Shown here piece by piece: positions 8,295-17,026 of a stretch of 64,000 nt of DNA; the first letter of the stretch is position 1; every line of letters starts with the position of its first letter. A program made the position numbers and the translations under genes. The notes under the pieces were generated by a model that made no database searches, was not told the origin of the DNA, and saw nothing but the letters and a program-made list of their open reading frames with translations. This DNA is from Patescibacteria group bacterium (GTDB lineage Bacteria > Patescibacteriota > Patescibacteriia > Patescibacteriales > GWC2-42-12): contig JBAZRI010000002.1 in the NCBI GenBank assembly GCA_041662965.1, forward strand, positions 46,062 to 110,061, given 5' to 3'.

Positions 8295-9626
8295 TTATTT
8301 TTTTGATTTTTTAGTTTTTTTAACTTTCTTTTCAGCTTTTTCTTCCGGCTTCTCTTTCGCCACCGGTTTCTCAGTTTCAGCTTCAGCTGCTATTTCTACG
8401 GCCGCTTCCGATTGAACCGCATCTTCAACTTTTATCTCTTCAGCTTTAATCTTCTCGGCCTTTTCGCCGACAATGTCCAATTTACAGCCGGTTAAGCGAG
8501 CGGCCAGCCTAACGTTTTGTCCCTCCCGGCCAATAGCTAAAGACAGCTGGTCTTCGGCCACTTTAACCACGGCTTTCTTTTCATCTTGATTAATTTCCAC
8601 GCTTAAAATCTTAGCCGGAGCTAGGGCATGGCCGATAAATTTAGCCAAATCTTCATCATATTCAATAATATCAATTTTTTCTCCGCCTAACTCGCTGATA
8701 ATGGTTTGAATTCTTGAACCTCTTTGCCCGACGCAAGAACCGATTGGGTCAACGTTTTCGCTGGTGGCCGAAACCGCCACCTTAGAGCGGCTGCCGGCTT
8801 CGCGCGCCACGGCCTTTATCTCAACCAGCCCGTTAGAGACTTCCGGTATTTCCAAATAAAATACTTTTTTTAAAATTTCGTCCGAAGTGCGGGATAAAAG
8901 AATTTCCGGTCCCCTGGGCGTAATGCTTACTTGCTTGACATAAACTTTTATCCGATCGCCCGGACGGTATCTTTCGTTCATGATCTGCTCCTCCGCCGGT
9001 AAAACGCCGACGGCTTTATCTAAATCAACCAAAACGATTCTGCCTTCCCGCCTTTGCACCACTCCGGCCACGACTTCATGCTCTTTATTTTTAAATTCAG
9101 AAAAAATCATTTCGCGTTCAGCCTCTCTTAGTTTTTGAATAATTACTTGCTTGGCGGTCTGCGCGGCCATGCGGCCGTAATCGGCCGGAATTTCCAGCTT
9201 AGTTTTTATAACATCGCCGATTTTAGCGGTTTTTTTAATTTCCTTCGCGTCTTTGATCTGTAATTCAGTTTTAGGATTGAATTTTCTAACCTCTTCCTCG
9301 GGTATTTCCTGAATAACTTCCTCTGTTTTCACTTCCGCGTTTTCTTTATCAGTTTTTATTTTTGATTTTTGACTTTTAGGTTCCTCGTCCATTGCAGTTT
9401 CATCAACAACGATTTCTTCCGGCATATCTTCCACCACGGTTTTAACGTCATAAACTTTGGATTTGCCGGTTTCCGGATCAAATTCAACCTTAATATTCTG
9501 GTTCTTTTCGCCAAAATCCTTGCGATAAGCCGCGGCCAAAGCCGACTCAATCGTTTCCACGACCGCTTCGTAGCTCAAGTTCTTTTCTTCGCAAATTTGC
9601 TTCATGGCGTTGGTTATGTCTGACAT
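8295..9626 (-). CDS. nusA: transcription termination/antitermination factor NusA with Lys/Glu-rich C-terminal tail
   Basis: N-terminal NusA domain, S1 and two KH regions (VGQRGSRIQ, GREGQNVRLAARLTG); C-terminal ~60 aa E/K/A-rich. Confidence 0.9.
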   Translation of the reverse strand: MSDITNAMKQICEEKNLSYEAVVETIESALAAAYRKDFGEKNQNIKVEFDPETGKSKVYDVKTVVEDMPEEIVVDETAMDEEPKSQKSKIKTDKENAEVKTEEVIQEIPEEEVRKFNPKTELQIKDAKEIKKTAKIGDVIKTKLEIPADYGRMAAQTAKQVIIQKLREAEREMIFSEFKNKEHEVVAGVVQRREGRIVLVDLDKAVGVLPAEEQIMNERYRPGDRIKVYVKQVSITPRGPEILLSRTSDEILKKVFYLEIPEVSNGLVEIKAVAREAGSRSKVAVSATSENVDPIGSCVGQRGSRIQTIISELGGEKIDIIEYDEDLAKFIGHALAPAKILSVEINQDEKKAVVKVAEDQLSLAIGREGQNVRLAARLTGCKLDIVGEKAEKIKAEEIKVEDAVQSEAAVEIAAEAETEKPVAKEKPEEKAEKKVKKTKKSKK

Positions 9627-9645
9627 AATATTTTATTTAAAAATT

Positions 9646-9689
9646 ATAAGTAAAATAAAAGGCTAGTTTGAATTTAATCAACTAGCCTT
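9646..9689 (-). terminator. putative rho-independent terminator between the 90-aa gene and nusA
   Basis: Minus-strand hairpin aggctagtt-gattaaattcaa-actagcct followed by ttttatttt. Confidence 0.4.
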
Positions 9690-9775
9690 AGTATCTATAT
9701 ACTAGCATTGCTCAACATAAAAGTCAACCAGCAAATTCACCCCCTTTATCAAAGGGGGTTAGGGGGATTTTATTA

Positions 9776-10048
9776 TTATTTATTTTCCCAATATGCTTCC
9801 GCCTCATCTTCCATGGTTTTAAGCCTGGTGTAATAATCCGCGAATTCATTCAAATGCGCCCAGGCGATTTTACCCGTGATAACTAAATCATCATCGGTCA
9901 CATTGGTAACAGGGTCTACCAAGCCATGTTCCAATTCAACATGCAAGCCCTGCTTAAATTGTTCTAGATCCACTTTATTCCAATCAATCCCGATTTCATC
10001 TCCGACCTTTTTAGCTTCTTCGGTTGTAAAAAATTTTTTGTTACTCAT
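9776..10048 (-). CDS. hypothetical protein with ELEHG motif (resembles a family seen in phages and bacteria)
   Basis: 90 aa; GLHVELEHGL...IAWAHLNEFADYY. Confidence 0.45.
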   Translation of the reverse strand: MSNKKFFTTEEAKKVGDEIGIDWNKVDLEQFKQGLHVELEHGLVDPVTNVTDDDLVITGKIAWAHLNEFADYYTRLKTMEDEAEAYWENK

Positions 10049-10067
10049 AATTTTTTATAATTTATTA

Positions 10068-11084
10068 TTAAAATTTCCCCGCCAGCTGCCCGCAGGCGGC
10101 TTTGATATCCTGGCCGAAACGGTAGCGTTCGGTTACTTCTACGCCTTGCTTATTTAAGGCCAATTTAAAATCTTTAATTCTCTTGGCCGGCGACGGCTTA
10201 AATTCATCGGTCGGATTATAAGCGATTAAATTCACGAAGTATAACGGCCGATCTATTTTTTTTAATAAAAGCGCTAGCTCTTGAGCCTGCTCTTTATCAT
10301 CATTAAATTTATCAATCATTAAATATTCAATCATAACCCGGCGGCCGGTTTGTTTTAAATAATTGTTTAATTCTTCAATAATCGCGTCAAGCGAATATTT
10401 TTTATTGGCCGGGATAAGCTGTTCGCGCAAATCATCGTTAGGCGCGTGAAGCGATATCGCCAAATTAACTTGTAGCGGCTGCGCAGCCAACTTTTTAATG
10501 CCGGTAGCTACGCCGATAGTGGAAATGGAAATATGGCGCGCACCGATATTAAGGCCGTCTTTACCGTTTAAAATTTTAATCGCGTCTAAAACATTATCAT
10601 AATTTAAAAACGGTTCGCCCATGCCCATAAAAACTATATTGTTAATCTGCCGGCCTTCTTTTTTTAATAAGCGCGCGAAATAAACAGCCTGCTCTATTAT
10701 CTCCGCGTCGGTTAAATTTCTTTTAAAGCCCATTTTCCCCGTAGCGCAAAATAAGCAGCCGAGCGGACAGCCAACTTGAGAAGACAAACAAACCGTGTTG
10801 CGCCCGGCGCCATGCTCAAGTAATACGGTTTCAATTTTTAAGCCGTCTTCTAAACTAATTAAAGCCTTAATAGAATTGCCTTCACGGCTAACTAAATTTT
10901 CCGCTTCAATCTCTAGCGGGCATTCTTGATTTAATTTTTTTCTTAGCGCCAGAGGAAAATTAGTGGCTTGATTCCAATTGCTTATTAAGTCAACAAAAAT
11001 CGCCTGTCTGGCTTGCTTTAATCTAAATTTCGGCTCCTGACTTAAAATATTTTCCAATTTTTCTAAATTCATATAAAAAAACAA
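10068..11084 (-). CDS. rlmN: 23S rRNA (adenine2503-C2)-methyltransferase, radical SAM (RlmN/Cfr family)
   Basis: CLSSQVGCPLGCLFCATG radical-SAM CxxxCxxC; GMGEP motif; conserved C-terminal Cys. Confidence 0.85.
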   Translation of the reverse strand: MFFYMNLEKLENILSQEPKFRLKQARQAIFVDLISNWNQATNFPLALRKKLNQECPLEIEAENLVSREGNSIKALISLEDGLKIETVLLEHGAGRNTVCLSSQVGCPLGCLFCATGKMGFKRNLTDAEIIEQAVYFARLLKKEGRQINNIVFMGMGEPFLNYDNVLDAIKILNGKDGLNIGARHISISTIGVATGIKKLAAQPLQVNLAISLHAPNDDLREQLIPANKKYSLDAIIEELNNYLKQTGRRVMIEYLMIDKFNDDKEQAQELALLLKKIDRPLYFVNLIAYNPTDEFKPSPAKRIKDFKLALNKQGVEVTERYRFGQDIKAACGQLAGKF

Positions 11085-11115
11085 AATAATTATGCTTATC
11101 GAGCGCCTATCTTTT

Positions 11116-12018
11116 TTACGGCTGCAAAATATCCTCGGTTCGGCCGTTAACCGATATAATAACCTCTTTAACCGTAGAAAATTGTTTTAAGGTTTCGCTG
11201 ATTTGCGCCCGAATGGCGCCGACGCGGCATGATCCACCCATGCCCTTTTCCATAGTTTCATCAAAATCAACTTTAGCGACTCCGCCGGCAATAGTCAATT
11301 CTTGGATTTTAACGCCCGGGTTAATACTGGTGTAAAAGCCCTGGGATATTTCTTGCCCGCTCGGACCTTTTAAAAGCTCTTCAAGCGCCGCCTTAGCGGT
11401 CGCTACGGTTTTAGCGGCCTGGCGCTCCACGGCAAAAACTTTAGCGCAAGTTATCTCTTTATCTAAATTATTATTGCTAAAAAAGGCTTTGACTGCCATA
11501 ATTTCGCTAGGGCTGATTAAAACCGGCATCTCTATTTTTTTATCATTTTCCGGCAAACCGGACGGATTATCCTTTTTTAAAACCAACATGCCCGTAGTCG
11601 TGGCCGCTGCCTGGTAATTTATTTCTCCTTTAAACAGCACGAAATTCTCGGTCATCCAGTCGCTTTGCGCCTGCACGTAGCTTTGGCCTAATATTTTCCC
11701 CTGGTCATCAATAAGCTCAATCGGAAAACTGGCTTCAAAAAACCAATTGCCTCTGGCCTGCCCCTCTACGGCCAAGGGACTGCTAACCGTCTGGTTCGCT
11801 TGCGGCATTGTTACTAAAACTTCGTCCGGCTGTTTCTTGTCGCCGCAAGGCGTAGCTGGCTCGGACGCGCTCGGGTTGCCGTGTTTAACCCAGCCGCCGT
11901 TTTGGCAAAGCCAAATGTCTTCATCACCACTTAATAGTCTTACGCCTAAAATTACAACGGCTAATAAAAAAACGGCGATTACAATTTTCCAAACTAATTT
12001 TATTTTAAGAAACTCCAT
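11116..12018 (-). CDS. membrane-anchored GerMN/Gmad2-like domain protein
   Basis: N-terminal TM; Ig-like middle; C-terminal GerMN-like segment (VAKVDFDETMEKGMGGSCRVGAIRAQISETLKQF). Confidence 0.45.
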   Translation of the reverse strand: MEFLKIKLVWKIVIAVFLLAVVILGVRLLSGDEDIWLCQNGGWVKHGNPSASEPATPCGDKKQPDEVLVTMPQANQTVSSPLAVEGQARGNWFFEASFPIELIDDQGKILGQSYVQAQSDWMTENFVLFKGEINYQAAATTTGMLVLKKDNPSGLPENDKKIEMPVLISPSEIMAVKAFFSNNNLDKEITCAKVFAVERQAAKTVATAKAALEELLKGPSGQEISQGFYTSINPGVKIQELTIAGGVAKVDFDETMEKGMGGSCRVGAIRAQISETLKQFSTVKEVIISVNGRTEDILQP

Positions 12019-12434
12019 AAATTTAAACCGGTTAATTTATTAAATTTTCTATTTAAAAGTTCGCCCGAAGCTTCTAAAATCGCGCACTCGCAGGCGAAAA
12101 TAATTGAACCTTTTTCCAAGTGTCCGCCGTAAACTCGACCGGCTCTGTCGGACACGGTTAAATGGGCATGAATAAACGGCTGGCTGTCTTTAAGCGATAT
12201 ATTGCCAAGACAAGATAAAATTTCCAAAGGCTTATTCACGCTTTCAGCTAAATACTTTTTATTAGCCTGATCATAAAAGCCCAGTTTAGCGTTTTTTAAA
12301 GCGCCGACAGCGAAAATTAACCCGGCCTTGATATTATTTTCTAAACAATAGCCGGAGATGGCGCTGTGCAAATCATCGCCGTTTTTAATCTCCAGCCAAA
12401 TTAATTTTTTGATCTTTTGCCTTTTAATTTTCAT
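12000..12434 (-). CDS. PPC (DUF296) domain DNA-binding-like protein
   Basis: ...QPFIHAHLTVSDRAGRVYGGHLEKGSIIFACECAILE resembles the PCC/PPC fold. Confidence 0.45.
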   Translation of the reverse strand: MKIKRQKIKKLIWLEIKNGDDLHSAISGYCLENNIKAGLIFAVGALKNAKLGFYDQANKKYLAESVNKPLEILSCLGNISLKDSQPFIHAHLTVSDRAGRVYGGHLEKGSIIFACECAILEASGELLNRKFNKLTGLNLWSFLK

Positions 12435-12576
12435 AAATTATGATTTTTTATAATTAGCAATTTTAACAGCTTGCCGGTATCTAAAACTTGAAGGCGTTCT
12501 AAAGCCCGGATTGCCGCGTCGGCCGCCGACTTTTGCTCGCGCTTGTGATTTCATATTATTTTATATTGCTCTAACC

Positions 12577-12675
12577 GCTTGGGCTAAATTTGGAAAATTT
12601 TCGTGCGAGGACTGTTTGAGCCAGCCATGGGCTGACGAGTTCCGCAGTAGAAAATTTTATAAATTTAGCCCAAGC
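12577..12675. repeat. hairpin repeat family R-B (AAATTTTCGTGCGAGGACTGTTTGAGC...GAGTTCCGCAGTAGAAAATTT core), copy 1
   Basis: Core shared with 25381-25490, 40070-40164 and 44815-44910. Flanked by copy-specific inverted arms (cttgggctaaattt / aaatttagcccaag). Confidence 0.65.
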
Positions 12676-12700
12676 CTAGGCTGTTGTAAATATTATAATA

Positions 12701-12988
12701 TTATTTTTTGTTTTCCTCTTCGTTTTTGCCGAAAAATCTGGTTAAATAAACAGTAACAATTACTACCAAGATAGTAATAACAATGGCATAAATAAATTTA
12801 ACCAAGATTGAATCTTTATCAACGGCAAAAAAACTTTTAATTAAAGATTGAATAGCCTCATTCCAGGCCAAGCCGGCGACTAGCCCGAAAGCCGTAAGAA
12901 TAAAGCCTAAAGTTTTTTCTTTGACTTCGCGCGAAATTTTTGAACTTTCTGTTTTAATTTTTTCAAAATGATTGTTGCTGTTTTCCAT
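12701..12988 (-). CDS. small two-TM membrane protein, function unknown
   Basis: 95 aa; hydrophobic segments LGFILTAFGLVAGLAW and FIYAIVITILVVIVTVYL. Confidence 0.45.
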   Translation of the reverse strand: MENSNNHFEKIKTESSKISREVKEKTLGFILTAFGLVAGLAWNEAIQSLIKSFFAVDKDSILVKFIYAIVITILVVIVTVYLTRFFGKNEEENKK

Positions 12989-14243
12989 ATTTTTTATCTT
13001 TAAATAATTTTATAATAACGGCAAAAGCCAAAATCAAAAAAGTCAGCCAAAATAGGCCTAAGGCGAATCCAACCATAACGTCGCTAAAATAATGCACTTT
13101 CAGATAAACCCTTGAGAAACCGACTAACATTATTAAAAATAAATTGCTGAAAATAAATAAATATTTTAACAATTTATTTTTTATTTTTTCGTAAAACAAA
13201 AACATTATTAAAGAAAAAAATATTATAGCCATGAGCGAATGCTGGCTGGGGAAACTGAAGCTAGTTTCTAAAACTAGGCCGCCGGCCGGCCTTGAACGGC
13301 CGATTAACTGCTTAAAAATCGCGCCTAAAACTAGACCGCCGGCCGAACTCATAAAAATTAAAGCGGCTTTATGCCAATTTTTTTTCATGAAAAAATAAAC
13401 AGCCGCGAGCATGGCTATGGCCAATAAAACTTCCGGGCTTAAAGCATTGGTTATAAAAATCATCAGCTTATTTAACCATGGCTGATGAATTGAAGCTATA
13501 TTTTGCGTAAGCCAAAGATCAAAATGATAGGTTGCTTCTTTGTCAAAATAATCTTCAACCATCTTGGAAAAAACATAAATTGACATGGCGTTCAGGGCTA
13601 AATACAAACTATGCTTTCTGACAAAAATCTGCCTTCTCTTATTAAGCGTCCGATAAGCAAAAAATATTAAAATAATTAAAATTATGGCGGCTAAAACTAT
13701 CCGGCCGAAATATTTGGCCGCGCCTTCAAAGCCTTGGCCCATAAGATAACCTAAAAGAACGGATAAAACCGCCCAGCTAGCGCCGCCGACGATAGAATAA
13801 AAAATAAATTTAGGAAATTTTATTTTGTAAATGCCGGCTAAAAAAGCCGCTAAAGCCCTGGTAAACGGGCTAAACCGTCCGATAATCAAAGCTTTACCCG
13901 TATGTTCGGCCACCAATTTTTTAGTATTCTTATATTTCTCCTCATTTAAAAAAAAGTATTTGCCGTAGCGGATAACAAAATCATAGCCGAATTTACGGCC
14001 AATATAGTAAGCTAGCAAATCGCCGACAACCACGCCAACGGCCGCCGCGGCCATAACCGCTTCTAGCCTAAATACTCCGAGTTTGGCCAAAAGTCCTCCT
14101 AATATAATTATCGTATGGCCGGGAATAAAAGTGCCGAAAATCGGTAAAGCCTCGGCGATAGCCGCAAGAAATATAATAATATAGCCCCAATGGTCAAGCA
14201 GGGGCAAGGGCAAATTCAATAAAAAATCATTGATATTAAACAT
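12963..14243 (-). CDS. DedA/VTT-domain membrane protein fused to a PAP2 phosphatase domain
   Basis: N-terminal DedA signature (FIPGHTIIILGGLLAKLG...GDLLAYYIGRKFG); C-terminal PAP2 motifs (SFPSQHS ... SRVYLKVHYFSDV). Confidence 0.7.
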   Translation of the reverse strand: MFNINDFLLNLPLPLLDHWGYIIIFLAAIAEALPIFGTFIPGHTIIILGGLLAKLGVFRLEAVMAAAAVGVVVGDLLAYYIGRKFGYDFVIRYGKYFFLNEEKYKNTKKLVAEHTGKALIIGRFSPFTRALAAFLAGIYKIKFPKFIFYSIVGGASWAVLSVLLGYLMGQGFEGAAKYFGRIVLAAIILIILIFFAYRTLNKRRQIFVRKHSLYLALNAMSIYVFSKMVEDYFDKEATYHFDLWLTQNIASIHQPWLNKLMIFITNALSPEVLLAIAMLAAVYFFMKKNWHKAALIFMSSAGGLVLGAIFKQLIGRSRPAGGLVLETSFSFPSQHSLMAIIFFSLIMFLFYEKIKNKLLKYLFIFSNLFLIMLVGFSRVYLKVHYFSDVMVGFALGLFWLTFLILAFAVIIKLFKDKKYGKQQQSF

Positions 14244-14336
14244 GAATATAATATAACATTTAAATCAATAAATGAAAAATCTAAAAAACAACGCCGCTCG
14301 GACGTTGTTTTATCTTAATTATTGCTCTTAAAAAAT

Positions 14337-15308
14337 TTATTTTATTTTACAAACCGCCTTTAAAGCCGTTATATCGTCGGCCGTTATTTTTTCATTGCCG
14401 CTTTCGTTTAATCTATACATAACCGCATGGGGATTATCCAGATGATCAATTCCTAAGGCATGGCCAAGCTCATGAGCTAAAACTCTAACTAACAACTCTT
14501 GATTATCAAACTGATAAATATCTATTCTTTCACCGGTTTCATCTTTAACATATCGGCCTTCCTGAAATTCGCCCGAAGCGCTGGCGCCAATAGTATTATA
14601 ATCGCCCACGGTTAAATTCAATTCGCGAATCAACCTATTTATAACGCTGGCCACGGCGTTAATATCGTCAACCGTTTTATTAAGCGCAGTTTGCTTTTGC
14701 TTGATTGATTCTACCAGCTTATTTAAATCTTTTCTTTCTTGCTCTAAAATATCGTATTCGGCCGCGCTTGCTCCGCCGCGCTTATTAGCCGCCTTAACTT
14801 CGTCTTCGTAGTTAGCCTTTTGCTCATCATAATATTTAACAATATTATCAAGCTCGGTTTTTTGCGCGTTATAAGTTTTTTCAAAAGCGTTATATTTAAC
14901 TTTTAAAACTTCATAACTGGCTTGATCGTTATTAATGTTAAGGCCTAATTTTTTTAACTTATCGGTCGCTTCTTGGCGCGAGTCATAAATCAAATTAATT
15001 TTTAAACCTGCCTGTCCGGTAGGCAGGGCGCCGTTCTCCGCGTAAGTAAATAAATTTTTGTTGATGGGTGTTTGCCAAATTTGCGCCGCCTGATCGATGG
15101 CTTTTAAAAAATCGGACTGGCTCAAGCCGAATTTAGAATCAAAATCGCCGAGCGAATATTCAATCGGTTTATCGCAAGGATTAATTATCTTAGTTAAATT
15201 TTTTTCGGCCAGCTTTAAATCGTCTTCAAAATAAAACACCAAACCGATAATTAAAGCGGCGGAAAAAACTATTGTAATTATTCTATAAAATATTTTCATA
15301 AAACTCAC
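14337..15308 (-). CDS. membrane-anchored zinc metalloprotease (matrixin/metzincin-like) with coiled-coil region
   Basis: HELGHALGIDH (HExxHxxGxxH) followed by a Met-turn AVMY; N-terminal TM helix. Confidence 0.65.
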   Translation of the reverse strand: MSFMKIFYRIITIVFSAALIIGLVFYFEDDLKLAEKNLTKIINPCDKPIEYSLGDFDSKFGLSQSDFLKAIDQAAQIWQTPINKNLFTYAENGALPTGQAGLKINLIYDSRQEATDKLKKLGLNINNDQASYEVLKVKYNAFEKTYNAQKTELDNIVKYYDEQKANYEDEVKAANKRGGASAAEYDILEQERKDLNKLVESIKQKQTALNKTVDDINAVASVINRLIRELNLTVGDYNTIGASASGEFQEGRYVKDETGERIDIYQFDNQELLVRVLAHELGHALGIDHLDNPHAVMYRLNESGNEKITADDITALKAVCKIK

Positions 15309-15370
15309 CGTTATATGAATCTATACCTCTATTTTACGCCAACATTGAATAATCGTAAACTGCCCGAGAC

Positions 15371-16822
15371 CTAAACTTTGCCTAAATCCAAATCATCATC
15401 AAACTTTATCTGTTTGACGAAATCAGGCATATGGCTAACCATAATCATGGCGCCGGCGTATTCATTAATCGCCTTGGCGATTATGGGCAGATGGCGAAAA
15501 TTAATATGATTGGTCGGCTCATCTAAAATTAATAGTCCGGGCTGCATAAGCGTAAGGCGCGCGAAAGATAATAACCCCTTTTGCCCTTCGGATAACTCAC
15601 TTACTTTATGGCCCATTAAATCTCCGTGGATTAAGAATCCGGCCGCGACCGAACGCATGGCCTGCGTATCCGTGCCTTCATTCAGAGCACTCGCGAGCGA
15701 ATCAAAAACCGTCTGATTAAAATCCAAATTGGAAAAATCCTGGCTGTAATAACCGACGCGCACCTTATCTAAAATTTTTGCCTGTTGGTTTTTCCCGGAA
15801 ACGAGCGAACGCAAAAACGTGCTTTTGCCGACTCCATTCGGTCCGGTAACGAGCAAGTGTATTTTTTTACGAATTATTTTATCAACCTCTTTTATTATGG
15901 GCTGATGATTATGGATAACTTTTACGGCGCTGATTTTAACAATCTCGCCGGCGATATCTTGCGCCTTAATACTAAATTCCCTAATAGTTTTATCTTCCTG
16001 CCTGACGTCTACCATATCTTCTTCAAGCTCGGCGGTTTCGTCTTTAAGCTTTTTAGCCAGTTTGCGCATCTTGCCGCCCTTGTTGGCGAAAAAATTCACT
16101 TTTTCTTTGCGATCGATAATTAATTTTTTAAGCTGGGCGTTTTTTCTCCGCTCGCGCTCAACTCGCTTGGAAATTTCTTCAACTACCGAAAAATAATCGC
16201 CGACATACGTTTCGATTTTTTTGGTAAAAACATCAAGATAAATAACGCCTTCGGTAAAGCAATTTAAAAAATCCGCGTCATGGGAAATTACAATTACGGT
16301 TTTATCATACATAACTAAAAATTCAATTAAATGATCAATGCCGGCCTGATCTAAATTGTTAGTCGGTTCGTCAAGCAAAAGTATATCCGGATTTTGGATC
16401 AAGGCAAAAGCTAAAAGCAATCTGGCCTGCTGCCCGCCGGAAAGATCTCCGACTAGCCGATCGGTCGGAGCGTCTAAATTAACCGCTTCTAAAACTTTAG
16501 ATATTTTACTGGCCAAATTTGGTTGTACTATTTCAAAAGCTTTGGCAAAATATTCTATGATTGTTAAAGAGAAATCTTCGCGCGCCATAACTTGCTTGGC
16601 CGTAGCGATAGTCGCGCCGTTAGTGATAGATACCCGGCCGGACTTAGGTTTTAATTCGCCCATAATTAAAGCGAACATTGAACTCTTGCCCGCGCCGTTT
16701 TGCCCCATTAATGTAATTTTAGCGCTTTTACGCACGCTAAAACCGGCTCCATCTAAAATCGGCTTATCATGCTCGTATTCAAAATTTACTTCGTCAAATC
16801 GCAAAATTACTTCTTCGGACAT
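15371..16822 (-). CDS. ABC-F family ATPase (two tandem ABC domains, no TMD)
   Basis: Walker A GQNGAGKSS and GPNGVGKST; signatures LSGGQQARL and LSEGQKGLL; charged inter-domain linker. Confidence 0.8.
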   Translation of the reverse strand: MSEEVILRFDEVNFEYEHDKPILDGAGFSVRKSAKITLMGQNGAGKSSMFALIMGELKPKSGRVSITNGATIATAKQVMAREDFSLTIIEYFAKAFEIVQPNLASKISKVLEAVNLDAPTDRLVGDLSGGQQARLLLAFALIQNPDILLLDEPTNNLDQAGIDHLIEFLVMYDKTVIVISHDADFLNCFTEGVIYLDVFTKKIETYVGDYFSVVEEISKRVERERRKNAQLKKLIIDRKEKVNFFANKGGKMRKLAKKLKDETAELEEDMVDVRQEDKTIREFSIKAQDIAGEIVKISAVKVIHNHQPIIKEVDKIIRKKIHLLVTGPNGVGKSTFLRSLVSGKNQQAKILDKVRVGYYSQDFSNLDFNQTVFDSLASALNEGTDTQAMRSVAAGFLIHGDLMGHKVSELSEGQKGLLSFARLTLMQPGLLILDEPTNHINFRHLPIIAKAINEYAGAMIMVSHMPDFVKQIKFDDDLDLGKV

Positions 16823-16837
16823 AAAATAATATGATAA

Positions 16838-16949
16838 ATTTTGACGGATAGAATTTTTGATTTTGAGCGCATACGAAATTGTAGTATTTTTTTAAAAAAA
16901 TACCCAAATTTCGTCTAAGTGAAAAATCAAAAAATCTATCCGTCAAACC
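16838..16949. repeat. long-hairpin repeat family R-C, copy 2
   Basis: ttgacggatagaatttttgattttGAGCGCATACGAAATTGTAGTATTTTT...AAAAATACCCAAATTTCGTCTAAGTGaaaaatcaaaaaatctatccgtcaa; near-perfect 24-bp outer arms. Confidence 0.65.
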
Positions 16950-17026
16950 AAAAAAATATAGTAAACAAAAAAGGCGTTTACTACGCCATTAATGTTAATA
17001 TAACATATTATTTAAAAAAGTCTAGC

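Noticed and set aside
12511-12756. 81-aa ORF translating the R-B repeat (…FSCEDCLS…EFRSRKFY…)
   Set aside because: Its reading frame is provided by a repeat element that recurs in four intergenic sites with different flanks; no RBS.
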